Source: Candidatus Daviesbacteria bacterium GW2011_GWA1_41_61
Lineage (GTDB): Bacteria > Patescibacteriota > Microgenomatia > Daviesbacterales > UBA10151
Assembly (NCBI GenBank): GCA_000997385.1
Contig: LCBT01000001.1
Coordinates: forward strand, 177,493-241,492
DNA: 64,000 bases
Direction of reading: 5' to 3'
Notes under the pieces: model-generated
Databases searched by the model: none
What the model saw: only the letters and a program-made list of their open reading frames with translations
Told to the model about the DNA's origin: nothing
Part shown: positions 1 through 9,852 of the stretch, one piece after another
How the letters are laid out: each line of letters opens with the position of its first letter
Position numbering within the stretch: the stretch's first letter is position 1
Position numbers and translations under genes: made by a program

Positions 1-1543
1 GATAGGCTATCTCATTGCCTTGATGGGTCAACTCCACTAAATACTCTCCCTGGCGGTTGATGCCCGACCAAACGCTGTTGGAATAATCAATGTGGGGAGA
101 AAAGTAACTCACCGGAATATTGACACTGGTTCCTTGAATAAGTCCCACCATAGATCCAGGTAGAGCATTTTGGTTCAACCACCTAACAACCTGGTAATAG
201 GCATTGCCGAAGCTATTCCCATAGTAAGGAATATTAGCCTTTTGGGCCCCCTGTAAACCACCAATAAAAATATTAAAGTAAACATTTTCATTAGGATGAA
301 GGTTGACCATCACTAAAAGATGAGGAATGAATAATAATAAAACAACCATGCCTAAAACCGATTGAGAAAGAAAATTTTTGCCCACCCAACGTTTAAACAA
401 TCGAACCAAGACTTGCGCCCCTAAACCAGACAGAAGCGCCATCGCCGGTAAAAACTCCATAATCTGCCTTACCCCTCCGTAAATTGAACTGCCAGGCAGG
501 CTAACTCTTAAGATAGGAATGATCAGCCAAATTAACCACAAAAGAGCTGTTTTTTCTTTCTCCTTTCTTAAAAAAACACCTCCTACGCCTAAAATTGTTA
601 AAAAGAGGATTATGGGCGGAGTAGTAATGGCAATCCAAGTTATAGGGAAAAGATTAAACCCTCCCCAAGTGAGATAGTGGGGCTGACCTAAACCTCCAGT
701 ACCAATCTCCTTATAATACCTAAAAATATTTAAAGTATGAGCTAAGGGATCTTGCCACAGATATGGCCAAGTAATAAAAAAAACCGCTCCAGCTATAACC
801 GGCGATATAATCAAAAGAAATAAAAAATGTCTGGGAAGTCTGACTACTGCTTTGACGGGATGCAAAATAGCCTGAGGGTATCGCCAAGCCAGCCAAAAAG
901 TCAAAATAAACGGTAAAAATAAGATATTAAATTTAGTCCCCAAGGCTAAAGCAAAAAATAATATAGCCGCCAACAACCACCGCCAGTCATACCTTTTTAA
1001 ACTATTCCAGAAGGCCCAAATTGTTCCAGCATAAAAAGCAGCTTCAGCGGGATCTTTAATATTAAAATGCGATTCGGCAAAAAATAAAGGATAAACCCCC
1101 AAAGAGATACCAGCCACTAAAGCAGCCAATAAACCATAAGATTGAGCAGCAAAAACCACCACCACCAAAACTAACAATGTTCCGCTTAAAATATTAAATA
1201 GATGATAAGATTCAATATCCCCCAAAACTGCCAATTTTTGGTAAAAAATAAAATTGGCAGTAGCAGCTAGTATGCCATTTAAGGGAGGATGACCGCTATC
1301 GTTTTTTATAAAAAATTGACCGGTAAAAGAGTTATCTTGGTAAAAGCTGCGCCGTTTAATAGGTTTCACATCTTGGTAATTTAAATCACCACTTAGAAAG
1401 TAATTTAAATAGGCCTGTCCTCTGGTAAAATGAATTGGCTCGTCCCAGGAGATCCCGTAGTGAGACAGTGTTAAAAACGAGACAATAAAGAAAAGAATCG
1501 GAATTATTAACAATCCCGAAAAATTTTTTAAAGTAATTTTCAT
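1..1543 (-). CDS. GT-C fold membrane glycosyltransferase, ArnT/PMT-like (GT39/GT83-type); C-terminus cut by window edge
   Basis: Open minus-strand frame from ATG 1543..1541 to the window edge. N-terminal TM helix is followed by HYGISWDEPIHFTRG, the first-loop D/E motif of ArnT/PMT-type GT-C enzymes. ATGA overlap with the stop of the upstream methyltransferase. Confidence 0.6.
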   Translation of the reverse strand, partial: MKITLKNFSGLLIIPILFFIVSFLTLSHYGISWDEPIHFTRGQAYLNYFLSGDLNYQDVKPIKRRSFYQDNSFTGQFFIKNDSGHPPLNGILAATANFIFYQKLAVLGDIESYHLFNILSGTLLVLVVVVFAAQSYGLLAALVAGISLGVYPLFFAESHFNIKDPAEAAFYAGTIWAFWNSLKRYDWRWLLAAILFFALALGTKFNILFLPFILTFWLAWRYPQAILHPVKAVVRLPRHFLFLLIISPVIAGAVFFITWPYLWQDPLAHTLNIFRYYKEIGTGGLGQPHYLTWGGFNLFPITWIAITTPPIILFLTILGVGGVFLRKEKEKTALLWLIWLIIPILRVSLPGSSIYGGVRQIMEFLPAMALLSGLGAQVLVRLFKRWVGKNFLSQSVLGMVVLLLFIPHLLVMVNLHPNENVYFNIFIGGLQGAQKANIPYYGNSFGNAYYQVVRWLNQNALPGSMVGLIQGTSVNIPVSYFSPHIDYSNSVWSGINRQGEYLVELTHQGNEIAY

Positions 1544-2322
1544 GCCTTGATTCCACTGTAAGAGATATAAAGGGAAGGTTGAACAAACCACCCGGCTTGG
1601 CTATCAATCTTTTTAATTAACCTTAAAAAAAGACGGGCTAAATGATTGTTAACAAGAGCTGATGCTAAAATAGGAAAAAAGAATACAGTAAAGCCAGGCA
1701 AGCCTTGTCTTTTTACAACCTTTAAATCAAAACTGTGGGCTAGTTGAAAAATTCTGGATGGGCTAAAGCTAACAGCGGGAATTTCACTGTGCTTTTGACC
1801 TCTCAATTTACTAATTAATCCACCTAGGTTAAAAATATTATATCCTAAAGGGTTTCTTTCAATAATCATCAAACGTCCTCCCGGTTTTAAAACCCGGGTA
1901 ATTTCTTTCATGGCTTTTTTCTGATCTTGATCATCTGATAAATACATTAAAGTCGTCACCATAAAAATCATATTAAAGGAGTTATCTTTAAAAGGAAGCT
2001 GACGGACATCGCCTTTAAAAGCTCTACCCCTTGGAGCAAGCTGTTGGTTGTAAAGATCGACATATTTTGGGGCAATATCCACCCCAACAATCTTGATTTT
2101 AGAAAACCTGTTAAGAAGTTCCCCTGACAACCGCCCATAACCACAACCAATATCTAATACCTGAACACTTTCTTTATTTTCCACCTCACTGCTGATCTGT
2201 TCCAACATCCACTGGTGTAAATAATCATTAATGACGGATGGTACTGACTTAAGCAAAACCCCTTCTATTCTAGTACCGTATTTTTGACTTCTTTGCTCCC
2301 AAAATTTTTCCAATGTTTTCAT
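1540..2322 (-). CDS. class I SAM-dependent methyltransferase
   Basis: 260 aa ORF. VLDIGCGYGRLSGELL matches methyltransferase motif I, and downstream acidic motif II is present (IVGVDIAP). Confidence 0.8.
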   Translation of the reverse strand: MKTLEKFWEQRSQKYGTRIEGVLLKSVPSVINDYLHQWMLEQISSEVENKESVQVLDIGCGYGRLSGELLNRFSKIKIVGVDIAPKYVDLYNQQLAPRGRAFKGDVRQLPFKDNSFNMIFMVTTLMYLSDDQDQKKAMKEITRVLKPGGRLMIIERNPLGYNIFNLGGLISKLRGQKHSEIPAVSFSPSRIFQLAHSFDLKVVKRQGLPGFTVFFFPILASALVNNHLARLFLRLIKKIDSQAGWFVQPSLYISYSGIKA

Positions 2323-2323
2323 A

Positions 2324-3244
2324 CTACTTGCTTCTTTTAAAAGAGCTGACTACATCAAATCCAAAAAGTTTAATTACTAAAAGGAACATCAAACATTCAG
2401 CCAAAAACAGGTTAAAACGGAAAGCTAAAGCTAAAAAAGAGGCCAAGGAAAAATCATAAAAAATTTTTAAAAGAAAGGCCAAGGAAAAATCACTCACTCC
2501 TAAACCTCCGGGAGCAACCGGTGTCAAAAAGCCGACAACCCAAGAGGCAGAAAGTAAACCGCTGATATCTAAAATCCGGGACAAGGGGTTATCAACAAAA
2601 GCTGAAATAAGTAAGAAAAAAGCTACCCCGTATAACAAAAAAAAGCCAACGGATAAACCAAGCAAACTTAAATGCCCTCTAAAACCATTTTTATAAATGA
2701 CTTCCGGTAGGTATTTTCCCAAGTAAGGCAATCGGGGCAATAGAGCAAAAACTTTAACTGGTTGGATAAAGACAACGACTGATAAAACAACTGCCGCTAC
2801 TGAAAACAACCATAAAGGAGGAAAAAACTTGGCCGCTATAGGTAAAGCTAAGAGACTGACTATTATCGCGCCGGCTAGATTATAGTAAGCTTCCAAAAAT
2901 ACCGTTGACAGGCCTTCCTTAACTCCTAAGCCTAAACCTTTGGAAAGATAAACCCTAACTACATAATGTAAAACTACGCCTGGGATAAACCTACCAAAGT
3001 TGGAAACAATAAAGACCCGAAAGACTTCTTTAAAAGAAGTTTGAAAAGATATTGCCTGTAAAATTTTATACCAAAAATAAGCTCCCCCCACATAAGTGCT
3101 AGCCAATACCACTAAAGAAGCCAGGAGCAGGATAAAGTTAGCTGAAGCAATCTGATTAAAAACTAAAGTCCACTTTTGGATAATAGTCCAAACTAAAAAA
3201 AACAAAATGGAGGTCGGGACTAATATTTTTAAGCCTTTTTGCAT
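2324..3244 (-). CDS. polytopic membrane protein, UPF0104 / flippase-like (LPG-synthase TM-like) family
   Basis: 306 aa with about 8 predicted TM helices and a PGGLGVSD motif. This family is usually found next to GT2 genes. The ORF starts 1 nt after the methyltransferase start. Confidence 0.45.
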   Translation of the reverse strand: MQKGLKILVPTSILFFLVWTIIQKWTLVFNQIASANFILLLASLVVLASTYVGGAYFWYKILQAISFQTSFKEVFRVFIVSNFGRFIPGVVLHYVVRVYLSKGLGLGVKEGLSTVFLEAYYNLAGAIIVSLLALPIAAKFFPPLWLFSVAAVVLSVVVFIQPVKVFALLPRLPYLGKYLPEVIYKNGFRGHLSLLGLSVGFFLLYGVAFFLLISAFVDNPLSRILDISGLLSASWVVGFLTPVAPGGLGVSDFSLAFLLKIFYDFSLASFLALAFRFNLFLAECLMFLLVIKLFGFDVVSSFKRSK

Positions 3245-3280
3245 AAAATTACCAAGAAGACAGAAGTCTATACATTAAGA

Positions 3281-3308
3281 TTGACACGATCTGAACATAA
3301 GTATAACA
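3281..3308 (+). promoter_or_regulatory. sigma70-like promoter for the plus-strand GT-C gene; possibly a leaderless transcript
   Basis: TTGACA (3281-3286), a 16 nt spacer, then TATAAC (3303-3308). The ATG at 3310 and a second ATG at 3316 lie about 2-8 nt downstream, so the mRNA could be leaderless. Confidence 0.35.
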
Positions 3309-3309
3309 T

Positions 3310-5274
3310 ATGAAAATGCGCCAGCGCCTAAGATTGCCTTCTCTTCTGATTGACGTCCTACTACTGACACCAATACTTATTTTTAGCGCCTGGATTTATC
3401 TCATACCCCCTTTCCAAACATTTGGATATCATCCGTTATTTTCCGACGATGCCATCTTTGCTATCTTAGCCCGTAAGGTTTTAGAACTGGGACCAGTGGG
3501 GGCTTTCCATTTATCCTGGGGACCACTCCTCTCCTGGCTTATGGTTTTTTTAAACAAATTTCTCTCTATACCACTAGAGGATGGAGGAAGAGTTATTACC
3601 GGGATAGCCTTATTTTTAAGAATTATCCCCGCTTATTTTTTAGTCAAACTAATATTAAACAAAACAGCCGCTTTTATTGCCATCATCTTTGTTGCACTTT
3701 ATCCGGTAATAAAAATACCTCAAGAAGCTGCTTTGGCAGAAGGATTATATTCTCTGATTATTTTCAGCGGATTTTTATTTTCCTACCTCGCCCTTAAAAC
3801 AGAAAAAATAGTTTGGTATCTTCTGGCCGGGATTACTTGGGGAGTAGTCTATCTGGCTAGGCTGGAAGGTTGGCTCTTTTTAATACCCTTAATGTTCTTG
3901 ACCGCTTTAAAGCTTTTCTACGAGCCCAAGAAAAAATTGGTAACCATAAAATTGTTGGCAGTTTCTATTCTGGCTACTTTTACTATCTCCCTACCTTATC
4001 TCACTTTTGTCCATCAAGTTTATGGCTCTTGGAATTTAAACCCAAGGTTAAACATTATCATGACAGCGCCTGTTAGTACCTTTGTACCTTACAAGGATTA
4101 TAACGGCATTACTACTTTAGCCCAAGCTTACTTCTCCGGTGACCCTAAATATTACAAATCCAATCTTTGGCATCCCACACCCTTTCTTTTTTGGAGAGCG
4201 CTGGGACGGCATTGGTCAACACTGTCAATTACTCCTACTCTCTACTTTAAATTTTTTAAAGAGACCATTCCGCTACTAACACTATTGGGGGGATTAGGCA
4301 TAGTCTTAACTATTCTGGCTATTTTTCGCCATAAACTTCAACTAATACTTATCGGAATAAGTTTTTTTGCCTTAGGCTTCTCTTTGCTCGACTTTTCCCT
4401 AGTCTCTTTAGAATTTTTATCACCGGTAATATTTAACCCGGAAGCTACTTTTTGGCGGCTTCTTGATCAATTTTGGCGGATGCTCTCCACCAAAGGATAT
4501 TTTCCTGGGATAGCCCGGGATGTTATAGTTATTGTTTCCAGTTTGTCACTGCTGATAATTAAGAGGGGAGAAGTCAAAAAATTCGTGCAGCAGTTTTATC
4601 TGCAAAGACTGAAAATTTATCTACCATTATCTCTGTTCTTCGGCTTTCTACCCCTTTTATTTCATAACTTTGCCACTAAATATGCTGCTTGGGTTGTACC
4701 GGTGCTGGTTATCTTTGCCAGCTTCTTTATCAGCTCAGTTTGTTCCTCACTAATTAGAGTGTTGCCTAAAAAATACCCCTTCTTACCTGCCCTACCGATT
4801 GATAAAATAATTCCCCTTTTGACTGTTTTCAGTCTGTTGTGGATGATTAAGCCATTGGTTGATCAATCTTTAGACACTAAGTATAGCCAATACAAACAAA
4901 ATAATTTTTTTTACGATTTACGAAAAAAGCCTGGTTTAGTCATTTTAAAAGATCATGGACCAGGAGCTAAAATTGCTGTTTTTTATGAAGCTCCGGTGTT
5001 TTATGCTCAGGGAGAACTGTTTTACTTTATGACTGACAGCAATGTTCCACTGGAAGAAACGCTAAATTATCTCGAGGAAAATCAGGTAGATTATCTGGTC
5101 GCCGATAGGGATCAAGCCTATCTGACTCACAAACCACTACGGCCCTTAATGTTGGCAGAAACAAAATTGTCCAACTGGCAGATGATCTACTCTGATCCCC
5201 CGCCTGGCACAGACATCTTGGTAACGGATACCCATACTGATATGCTGGTGACAGTCTGGAAAAGAATAGATTAA
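3310..5274 (+). CDS. GT-C fold membrane glycosyltransferase with C-terminal soluble domain (ArnT/PMT-like)
   Basis: 654 aa. About 12 N-terminal TM helices with FSDDAIFAILARK in the first loop (DD/DE motif). C-terminal ~200 aa is hydrophilic. Confidence 0.5.
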   Translation: MKMRQRLRLPSLLIDVLLLTPILIFSAWIYLIPPFQTFGYHPLFSDDAIFAILARKVLELGPVGAFHLSWGPLLSWLMVFLNKFLSIPLEDGGRVITGIALFLRIIPAYFLVKLILNKTAAFIAIIFVALYPVIKIPQEAALAEGLYSLIIFSGFLFSYLALKTEKIVWYLLAGITWGVVYLARLEGWLFLIPLMFLTALKLFYEPKKKLVTIKLLAVSILATFTISLPYLTFVHQVYGSWNLNPRLNIIMTAPVSTFVPYKDYNGITTLAQAYFSGDPKYYKSNLWHPTPFLFWRALGRHWSTLSITPTLYFKFFKETIPLLTLLGGLGIVLTILAIFRHKLQLILIGISFFALGFSLLDFSLVSLEFLSPVIFNPEATFWRLLDQFWRMLSTKGYFPGIARDVIVIVSSLSLLIIKRGEVKKFVQQFYLQRLKIYLPLSLFFGFLPLLFHNFATKYAAWVVPVLVIFASFFISSVCSSLIRVLPKKYPFLPALPIDKIIPLLTVFSLLWMIKPLVDQSLDTKYSQYKQNNFFYDLRKKPGLVILKDHGPGAKIAVFYEAPVFYAQGELFYFMTDSNVPLEETLNYLEENQVDYLVADRDQAYLTHKPLRPLMLAETKLSNWQMIYSDPPPGTDILVTDTHTDMLVTVWKRID

Positions 5275-5297
5275 ATACCATGAGTGGAACTTTCTAG

Positions 5298-6320
5298 TTA
5301 TTTATCCTTAAAGCGGTTGGCCAGTAAATTAAAGATGGCTGATAAACGAAGGTCAAGCAGGCTATTATATTCAATAAAACAGGCCCAGCGGCAAGACTTG
5401 CATGGAGTCTGAGGCAAATGACGATAAGCTTCTTTAACCCCCATCTTTAAGCAGTTTTGGCCGGGTAACGATGTGGTCAATCTGGTACAAGGATATAAAT
5501 TCCCCCGGCAGTCTAAAGCTACCATCTTTTTACCGGCTAAACAACTAGGATGGCCTTCGACCTTATCGGAGGAAATATCATTTTTATGATCAGGCCAATT
5601 AGACATTAAACGATAGGTCTCCTGTGAATAAAAAATGCGGTTAGTCTTATTTTTCTTTTCCCTAATAATATCCATCAAAGCTTTTTTAGTCCTATCCTCC
5701 CAAGCCTTAGCCAATTTTAACCCCCCATCACCACGGAACCGGGGATAAAGTGGACTTATTTGAACAAGAGTTTGATATTTTTTGGCCAACTCCAAAAGTC
5801 TGGGCCACTCATTCAAATTAGCATCAGTTAAAGTACAGCAAAAATGAACTGGAATACCGGCTAAAGTTGCTGCTTCAACTGCTGCCAAAGCTTTTTTAAA
5901 TGAACCCTTTCCCCGGTATTTATCGTGGGTTTTTTCGCAGGCACCATCCAAACTTATAGAAAGGTTATTTAAAAGACGTAAAGCCTTTAGATGGTAGGGC
6001 ACTAAAATTCCATTGGAGTTAAGACCGACCTCAAAACCCAAATTTACCGCCATTTTAATTATTTTATCAATATCTTTATGCAGAAGTGGTTCCCCGCCGC
6101 TAATACCCAACCTCCTGACACCTAAATCATAAAATTCCTTAAATATTTGCTTTATTTGCTGGTAAGACAATTCTCCCTTTTCGCTGTAATATTTACCAAA
6201 GCAATAAGAGCAGCGGAGGTTACATCTCTCGGTGATAGTAAACAAAAGGATATAGGGCTTGGCAATAAACGGTAACGCCGAAAGGCCTATTTTGGGAATC
6301 TTCAACTTAAGATTATTCAT
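5298..6320 (-). CDS. radical SAM enzyme with C-terminal SPASM/twitch domain (paralog A)
   Basis: CNLRCSYC (CxxxCxxC) at the N-terminus and GGEPL. The C-terminus carries extra cysteines: CLAGKK...CRGNLYPC...CKSCRWAC. Confidence 0.85.
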   Translation of the reverse strand: MNNLKLKIPKIGLSALPFIAKPYILLFTITERCNLRCSYCFGKYYSEKGELSYQQIKQIFKEFYDLGVRRLGISGGEPLLHKDIDKIIKMAVNLGFEVGLNSNGILVPYHLKALRLLNNLSISLDGACEKTHDKYRGKGSFKKALAAVEAATLAGIPVHFCCTLTDANLNEWPRLLELAKKYQTLVQISPLYPRFRGDGGLKLAKAWEDRTKKALMDIIREKKNKTNRIFYSQETYRLMSNWPDHKNDISSDKVEGHPSCLAGKKMVALDCRGNLYPCTRLTTSLPGQNCLKMGVKEAYRHLPQTPCKSCRWACFIEYNSLLDLRLSAIFNLLANRFKDK

Positions 6321-7762
6321 TATTTAGTAAATCTTTTTAAAACAAAAAAACTGCTGGTAACTAAAAATTCTTTCCAACCCACTCTTACCGGTATAATCTT
6401 TCTCTTTAAGCTATAACCGTTCAAAACATCTTTTAAAAATTTTAACACTGATTTAGGGATTGGCACCTTAAGTAAGATAGGTAAATAGCTTCTGAGAAAG
6501 GGAAAAATTACAATAAAGGTAAAAAGAGAAGCAAATTTTTCAATTTTTTCTCTATCCACGACCTGAATGGGAATTCTTTCAAACCAGGATAAAAATTCTG
6601 TTTCACTAGAGATAAGGTTCATCTTTTTAGCTACTTTACCTAGCTGGGTATCTAAAAACGGTAGACAAAAAGAGACATAAGTGGCATCAACTCCGGCTTT
6701 TAAGTTAAGATCCAAAGTTTGCAGTTCATCTGCAAATGTTGATGTCGGTATCCCTACCATATTATAAGCGCTAATGGCTAAACCATATTTTTTAGTAATA
6801 TTACAAGCCTTGATGATCTGAAAGTTAGTAATATTTTTATTTAAAACTTCTTTTCTGATTCTCTCACTGCCGCACTCTACAGCCAGATGTATACTAACAC
6901 ATCCAGCTTTTTTTAAAAATTTCACAAACCTCTCATCTATAAAAACCACCGAAGTGACTATAGTAAAAGGAAGATTTATTTTCCGGGTGTATTTTTTGGT
7001 AAAGTCCGTCAACCATTGCCTATCAAAAGGAAAGACATCATCAAGAAAATAAAAAAATTTAGCATTAAAATTTCTTTTCAAATCCTCCAATTCAGCTATC
7101 ACATTATCGACAGTTCTGGTCCTGATAATTTTTCCTTTACCCTGATATAAATGATGATAGCGGTGATTAAAACAAAAAGAACAGTTAAAGGGACAACCAC
7201 GGCTGGCCATGACAATTTTGATAGGAGAATATTTAAATTGAGGAAAACTACGAGTCAGGGATCGATCTGGAAAGGGCAGACTATCCAAATCCGCCACCAA
7301 CGGACCAACGCTGTTTTTATAAACTGAGTTTGTAAACTCGCTATTTTTATTTTTTATCCACATATTAGGAACTTTATTGATACTTTGCTTCTGGTCCAGT
7401 TTATCAACCAGTTTGAGTAAGGCAATTTCCCCTTCCCCCCGGCAGATAATATCAATCCCATCCTGATTTATAATTTCCGGGTTATAAGTGGGAGTTGGGC
7501 CTCCCCAAATAATGAGGATTTTGGGAAAAGTTTTTTTCACTTGCTGGGACAAGTTTAAATAATATTTGTAATCAGTGTTCATACAGCTGATGGCAAAAAG
7601 ACCGATATTTTTTTCCTTAATACATTGACTAACTTTTTCAAAAGAGGAATCGGAAAGGAAAACTTGATGACCGGATGTTTTTAAAAAGCTGGATAGATAT
7701 AAAATGCCTAGTGGTTCCATGGCACTATAAACGTCTTTTTTAATGGCAAAAAGAATATTCAT
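6320..7762 (-). CDS. B12-binding (class B) radical SAM enzyme
   Basis: 480 aa. N-terminal Rossmann-like cobalamin-binding region (IIWGGPTPT), then RGCPFNCSFC radical SAM motif. Confidence 0.8.
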   Translation of the reverse strand: MNILFAIKKDVYSAMEPLGILYLSSFLKTSGHQVFLSDSSFEKVSQCIKEKNIGLFAISCMNTDYKYYLNLSQQVKKTFPKILIIWGGPTPTYNPEIINQDGIDIICRGEGEIALLKLVDKLDQKQSINKVPNMWIKNKNSEFTNSVYKNSVGPLVADLDSLPFPDRSLTRSFPQFKYSPIKIVMASRGCPFNCSFCFNHRYHHLYQGKGKIIRTRTVDNVIAELEDLKRNFNAKFFYFLDDVFPFDRQWLTDFTKKYTRKINLPFTIVTSVVFIDERFVKFLKKAGCVSIHLAVECGSERIRKEVLNKNITNFQIIKACNITKKYGLAISAYNMVGIPTSTFADELQTLDLNLKAGVDATYVSFCLPFLDTQLGKVAKKMNLISSETEFLSWFERIPIQVVDREKIEKFASLFTFIVIFPFLRSYLPILLKVPIPKSVLKFLKDVLNGYSLKRKIIPVRVGWKEFLVTSSFFVLKRFTK

Positions 7763-7781
7763 AGTGCATTTTTCAAGTACA

Positions 7782-8825
7782 TTAATGACCTCTTATGGTA
7801 CTTAGTATTTGCGCAGAAATTATTTCTAAGTCAAAATTAGCAATCGAACTAAACTCGTTGAAACAAGGGAAATAGCAGGCATAACAGGGAAAATTGGCAC
7901 AATTTTCCCAGGCCTTTTTCAACCCGACTTTGCGAAAATCTAAAGCTGGAAAGATATCTATCAGTTGGACACAAGGGTAGACCCTGCCATCAGCATCGAT
8001 AAACATCATAAAACGTCCTGCCGCACAGGGAATATATTTAAACTTTGGTTTTTCCCGAAGATAAATGCGTCTTTTATGGTCCGGCCAATCAGCCACCAAC
8101 TGATAAACTTTTTGGGAAAAAAGGATCGGCGCCCCTTTTTTCTTATGCTCGATAATTCTCCTGGCTGCTTTCCTTAATTCTTTATTCTCCGCCATAAAAC
8201 GGTCCGAGTCTTTCTTACCCTCCGCTTGCTGAAAAAGAAAGTTAAATTCCGCCTGGATTCCTTTTTGTTTGGCAAATTCCACAATCCAATCAATCGCTTC
8301 AATCTTACAGCTGTGGCGGGTAATCACTGAATTGATATGGGTTTTAATACCGGCCTCTAAAGCTACATCAATACCGGTGACAATCCTTTTAAACGAGCCT
8401 TTTCCCCGGTTGGCGTCATTGATCTTTTCCGAACCGTCAATTGAGACACAAATCATATCGGCCTGTTTTAACTCTTTTATCTTCAAAGGTATCAAGGTAC
8501 CATTAGTGTTAAAACCGCACTCGATACCGTTAGCTTTAATTCTGGCAATAATTTGCCCAATATCATTTCGAGTCAAAGGTTCCCCGCCGCCCAAGGTAAT
8601 GGAACGGGTACCCATCTTACCTAATTCGTCAATTAACCCCATTAACTCTTTAGTTGTAAAATCTTTCTCTTTGCTTTGAAAATACTGTCCATAGCAATAA
8701 CCGCACTTTAAAGTACATCTGGAGGTAATATTTAAAACTACTGTCAAAGGAGTTCTGCCCCCGCTCAGTTTATCTTTGACTAGAGTTGACATGTAAGCTG
8801 CCCGATTACTAATTCCCATATTCAC
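7782..8825 (-). CDS. radical SAM enzyme with SPASM domain (paralog B)
   Basis: ITSRCTLKCGYCYGQY and GGGEPL. C-terminus has CAAGRF...DGRVYPC...CANFPCYACYFPC. Shares RGKGSF and FSQ..Y....WPD with the neighbouring paralogs. Confidence 0.85.
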   Translation of the reverse strand: MNMGISNRAAYMSTLVKDKLSGGRTPLTVVLNITSRCTLKCGYCYGQYFQSKEKDFTTKELMGLIDELGKMGTRSITLGGGEPLTRNDIGQIIARIKANGIECGFNTNGTLIPLKIKELKQADMICVSIDGSEKINDANRGKGSFKRIVTGIDVALEAGIKTHINSVITRHSCKIEAIDWIVEFAKQKGIQAEFNFLFQQAEGKKDSDRFMAENKELRKAARRIIEHKKKGAPILFSQKVYQLVADWPDHKRRIYLREKPKFKYIPCAAGRFMMFIDADGRVYPCVQLIDIFPALDFRKVGLKKAWENCANFPCYACYFPCFNEFSSIANFDLEIISAQILSTIRGH

Positions 8826-9849
8826 TTCTTCCTATTGCCGCCTTAATATAATTTATTAAAACCGGCAGCTTCAAATTCATCAGATGACCAAAATCATGGT
8901 GGTAAACTTGATAACAACCAGTGCATGGATGGTTGCGAGTTACTTTCCAAGCTTCAGCTACACCCACCTTTAAGACATTTTTAGCTTTGACTTTATCAAT
9001 CAAATGGGGACAAGCCCAAAACCGACCGTCAGCATCAATTAAACCAAATAACTTACCCGCCGGGCAAGGGGGCATTCCCAAAGGGGCCGGCGCATTCATC
9101 ACCCCTTCAATCTCAAAATCAGGCCATTTTAAAACACTCTCATAAGCGGTTTGAGAAAAAAGGATTGGTGCTCCTTGCTTTTTTTGGGCAATAATGTATT
9201 TTATCACCTGTCTAAACTGTTTGTCAGTGGGTTTAATCGAAATTTCAGTTTTATCCCCAAAAATGTTACTGATAGCTAAAGAAATATGTAACTTAAAATC
9301 TAATTTTCTAGCTACATTGATCATATAATCTAAATCCGCTAAATTATATTTATGCACTACCATATTAACACGCACCTGGATCCCGGCCTTTTTAGCAGCT
9401 TTTATAGCCTGAAGTGTTTTTAAAGCACTGCCTTTACCGCGCAAAATATCGTGATGATTATTTTTACCGTCTAAACTTAAGGTCAAACATTGAATATTTT
9501 TAAGCTCATTAGTCTTTTGAGGAACCAATATTCCATTAGAAGTTAAGTCAACACTTAATCCCTGTAATTTAGCATAGTTTATCAACTCTCCGATATCCGG
9601 ACGAAGAAGCGGTTCCCCCCCACAAAAGTTGATCCTTAGGCAACCTGCTTTCTTTAAGCCTCCAACAACCTTTTTGATTTGGTCAGTATTCATCTCATCT
9701 TTAGAACTTCGGGTAAAGTAGGCTGCATAACAATGTTTGCAACGGAGATTACAACGGTTGGTCACATTAAAAATAACGGTTAGGGGCGTAGCTTTTCCAG
9801 TAACTTTGAGCAAAATTAATTTTGTAAAAAACAACAAATTAAGGAACAT
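8809..9849 (-). CDS. radical SAM enzyme with SPASM domain (paralog C)
   Basis: VTNRCNLRCKHCYAAYF and CGGEPL. C-terminus has CPAGKLFGLIDADGRFWACP...CTGC. Overlaps the downstream gene by 17 nt. Confidence 0.85.
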   Translation of the reverse strand: MFLNLLFFTKLILLKVTGKATPLTVIFNVTNRCNLRCKHCYAAYFTRSSKDEMNTDQIKKVVGGLKKAGCLRINFCGGEPLLRPDIGELINYAKLQGLSVDLTSNGILVPQKTNELKNIQCLTLSLDGKNNHHDILRGKGSALKTLQAIKAAKKAGIQVRVNMVVHKYNLADLDYMINVARKLDFKLHISLAISNIFGDKTEISIKPTDKQFRQVIKYIIAQKKQGAPILFSQTAYESVLKWPDFEIEGVMNAPAPLGMPPCPAGKLFGLIDADGRFWACPHLIDKVKAKNVLKVGVAEAWKVTRNHPCTGCYQVYHHDFGHLMNLKLPVLINYIKAAIGRSEYGN

Positions 9850-9852
9850 TTT

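Noticed and set aside
5027-5281. 84 aa minus-strand ORF overlapping the 3' end of the 654 aa plus-strand GT-C gene
   Set aside because: It lies entirely antisense within a well-supported long CDS, has no domain features, and is Arg/Pro/Ser-rich in a way typical of an out-of-frame translation.
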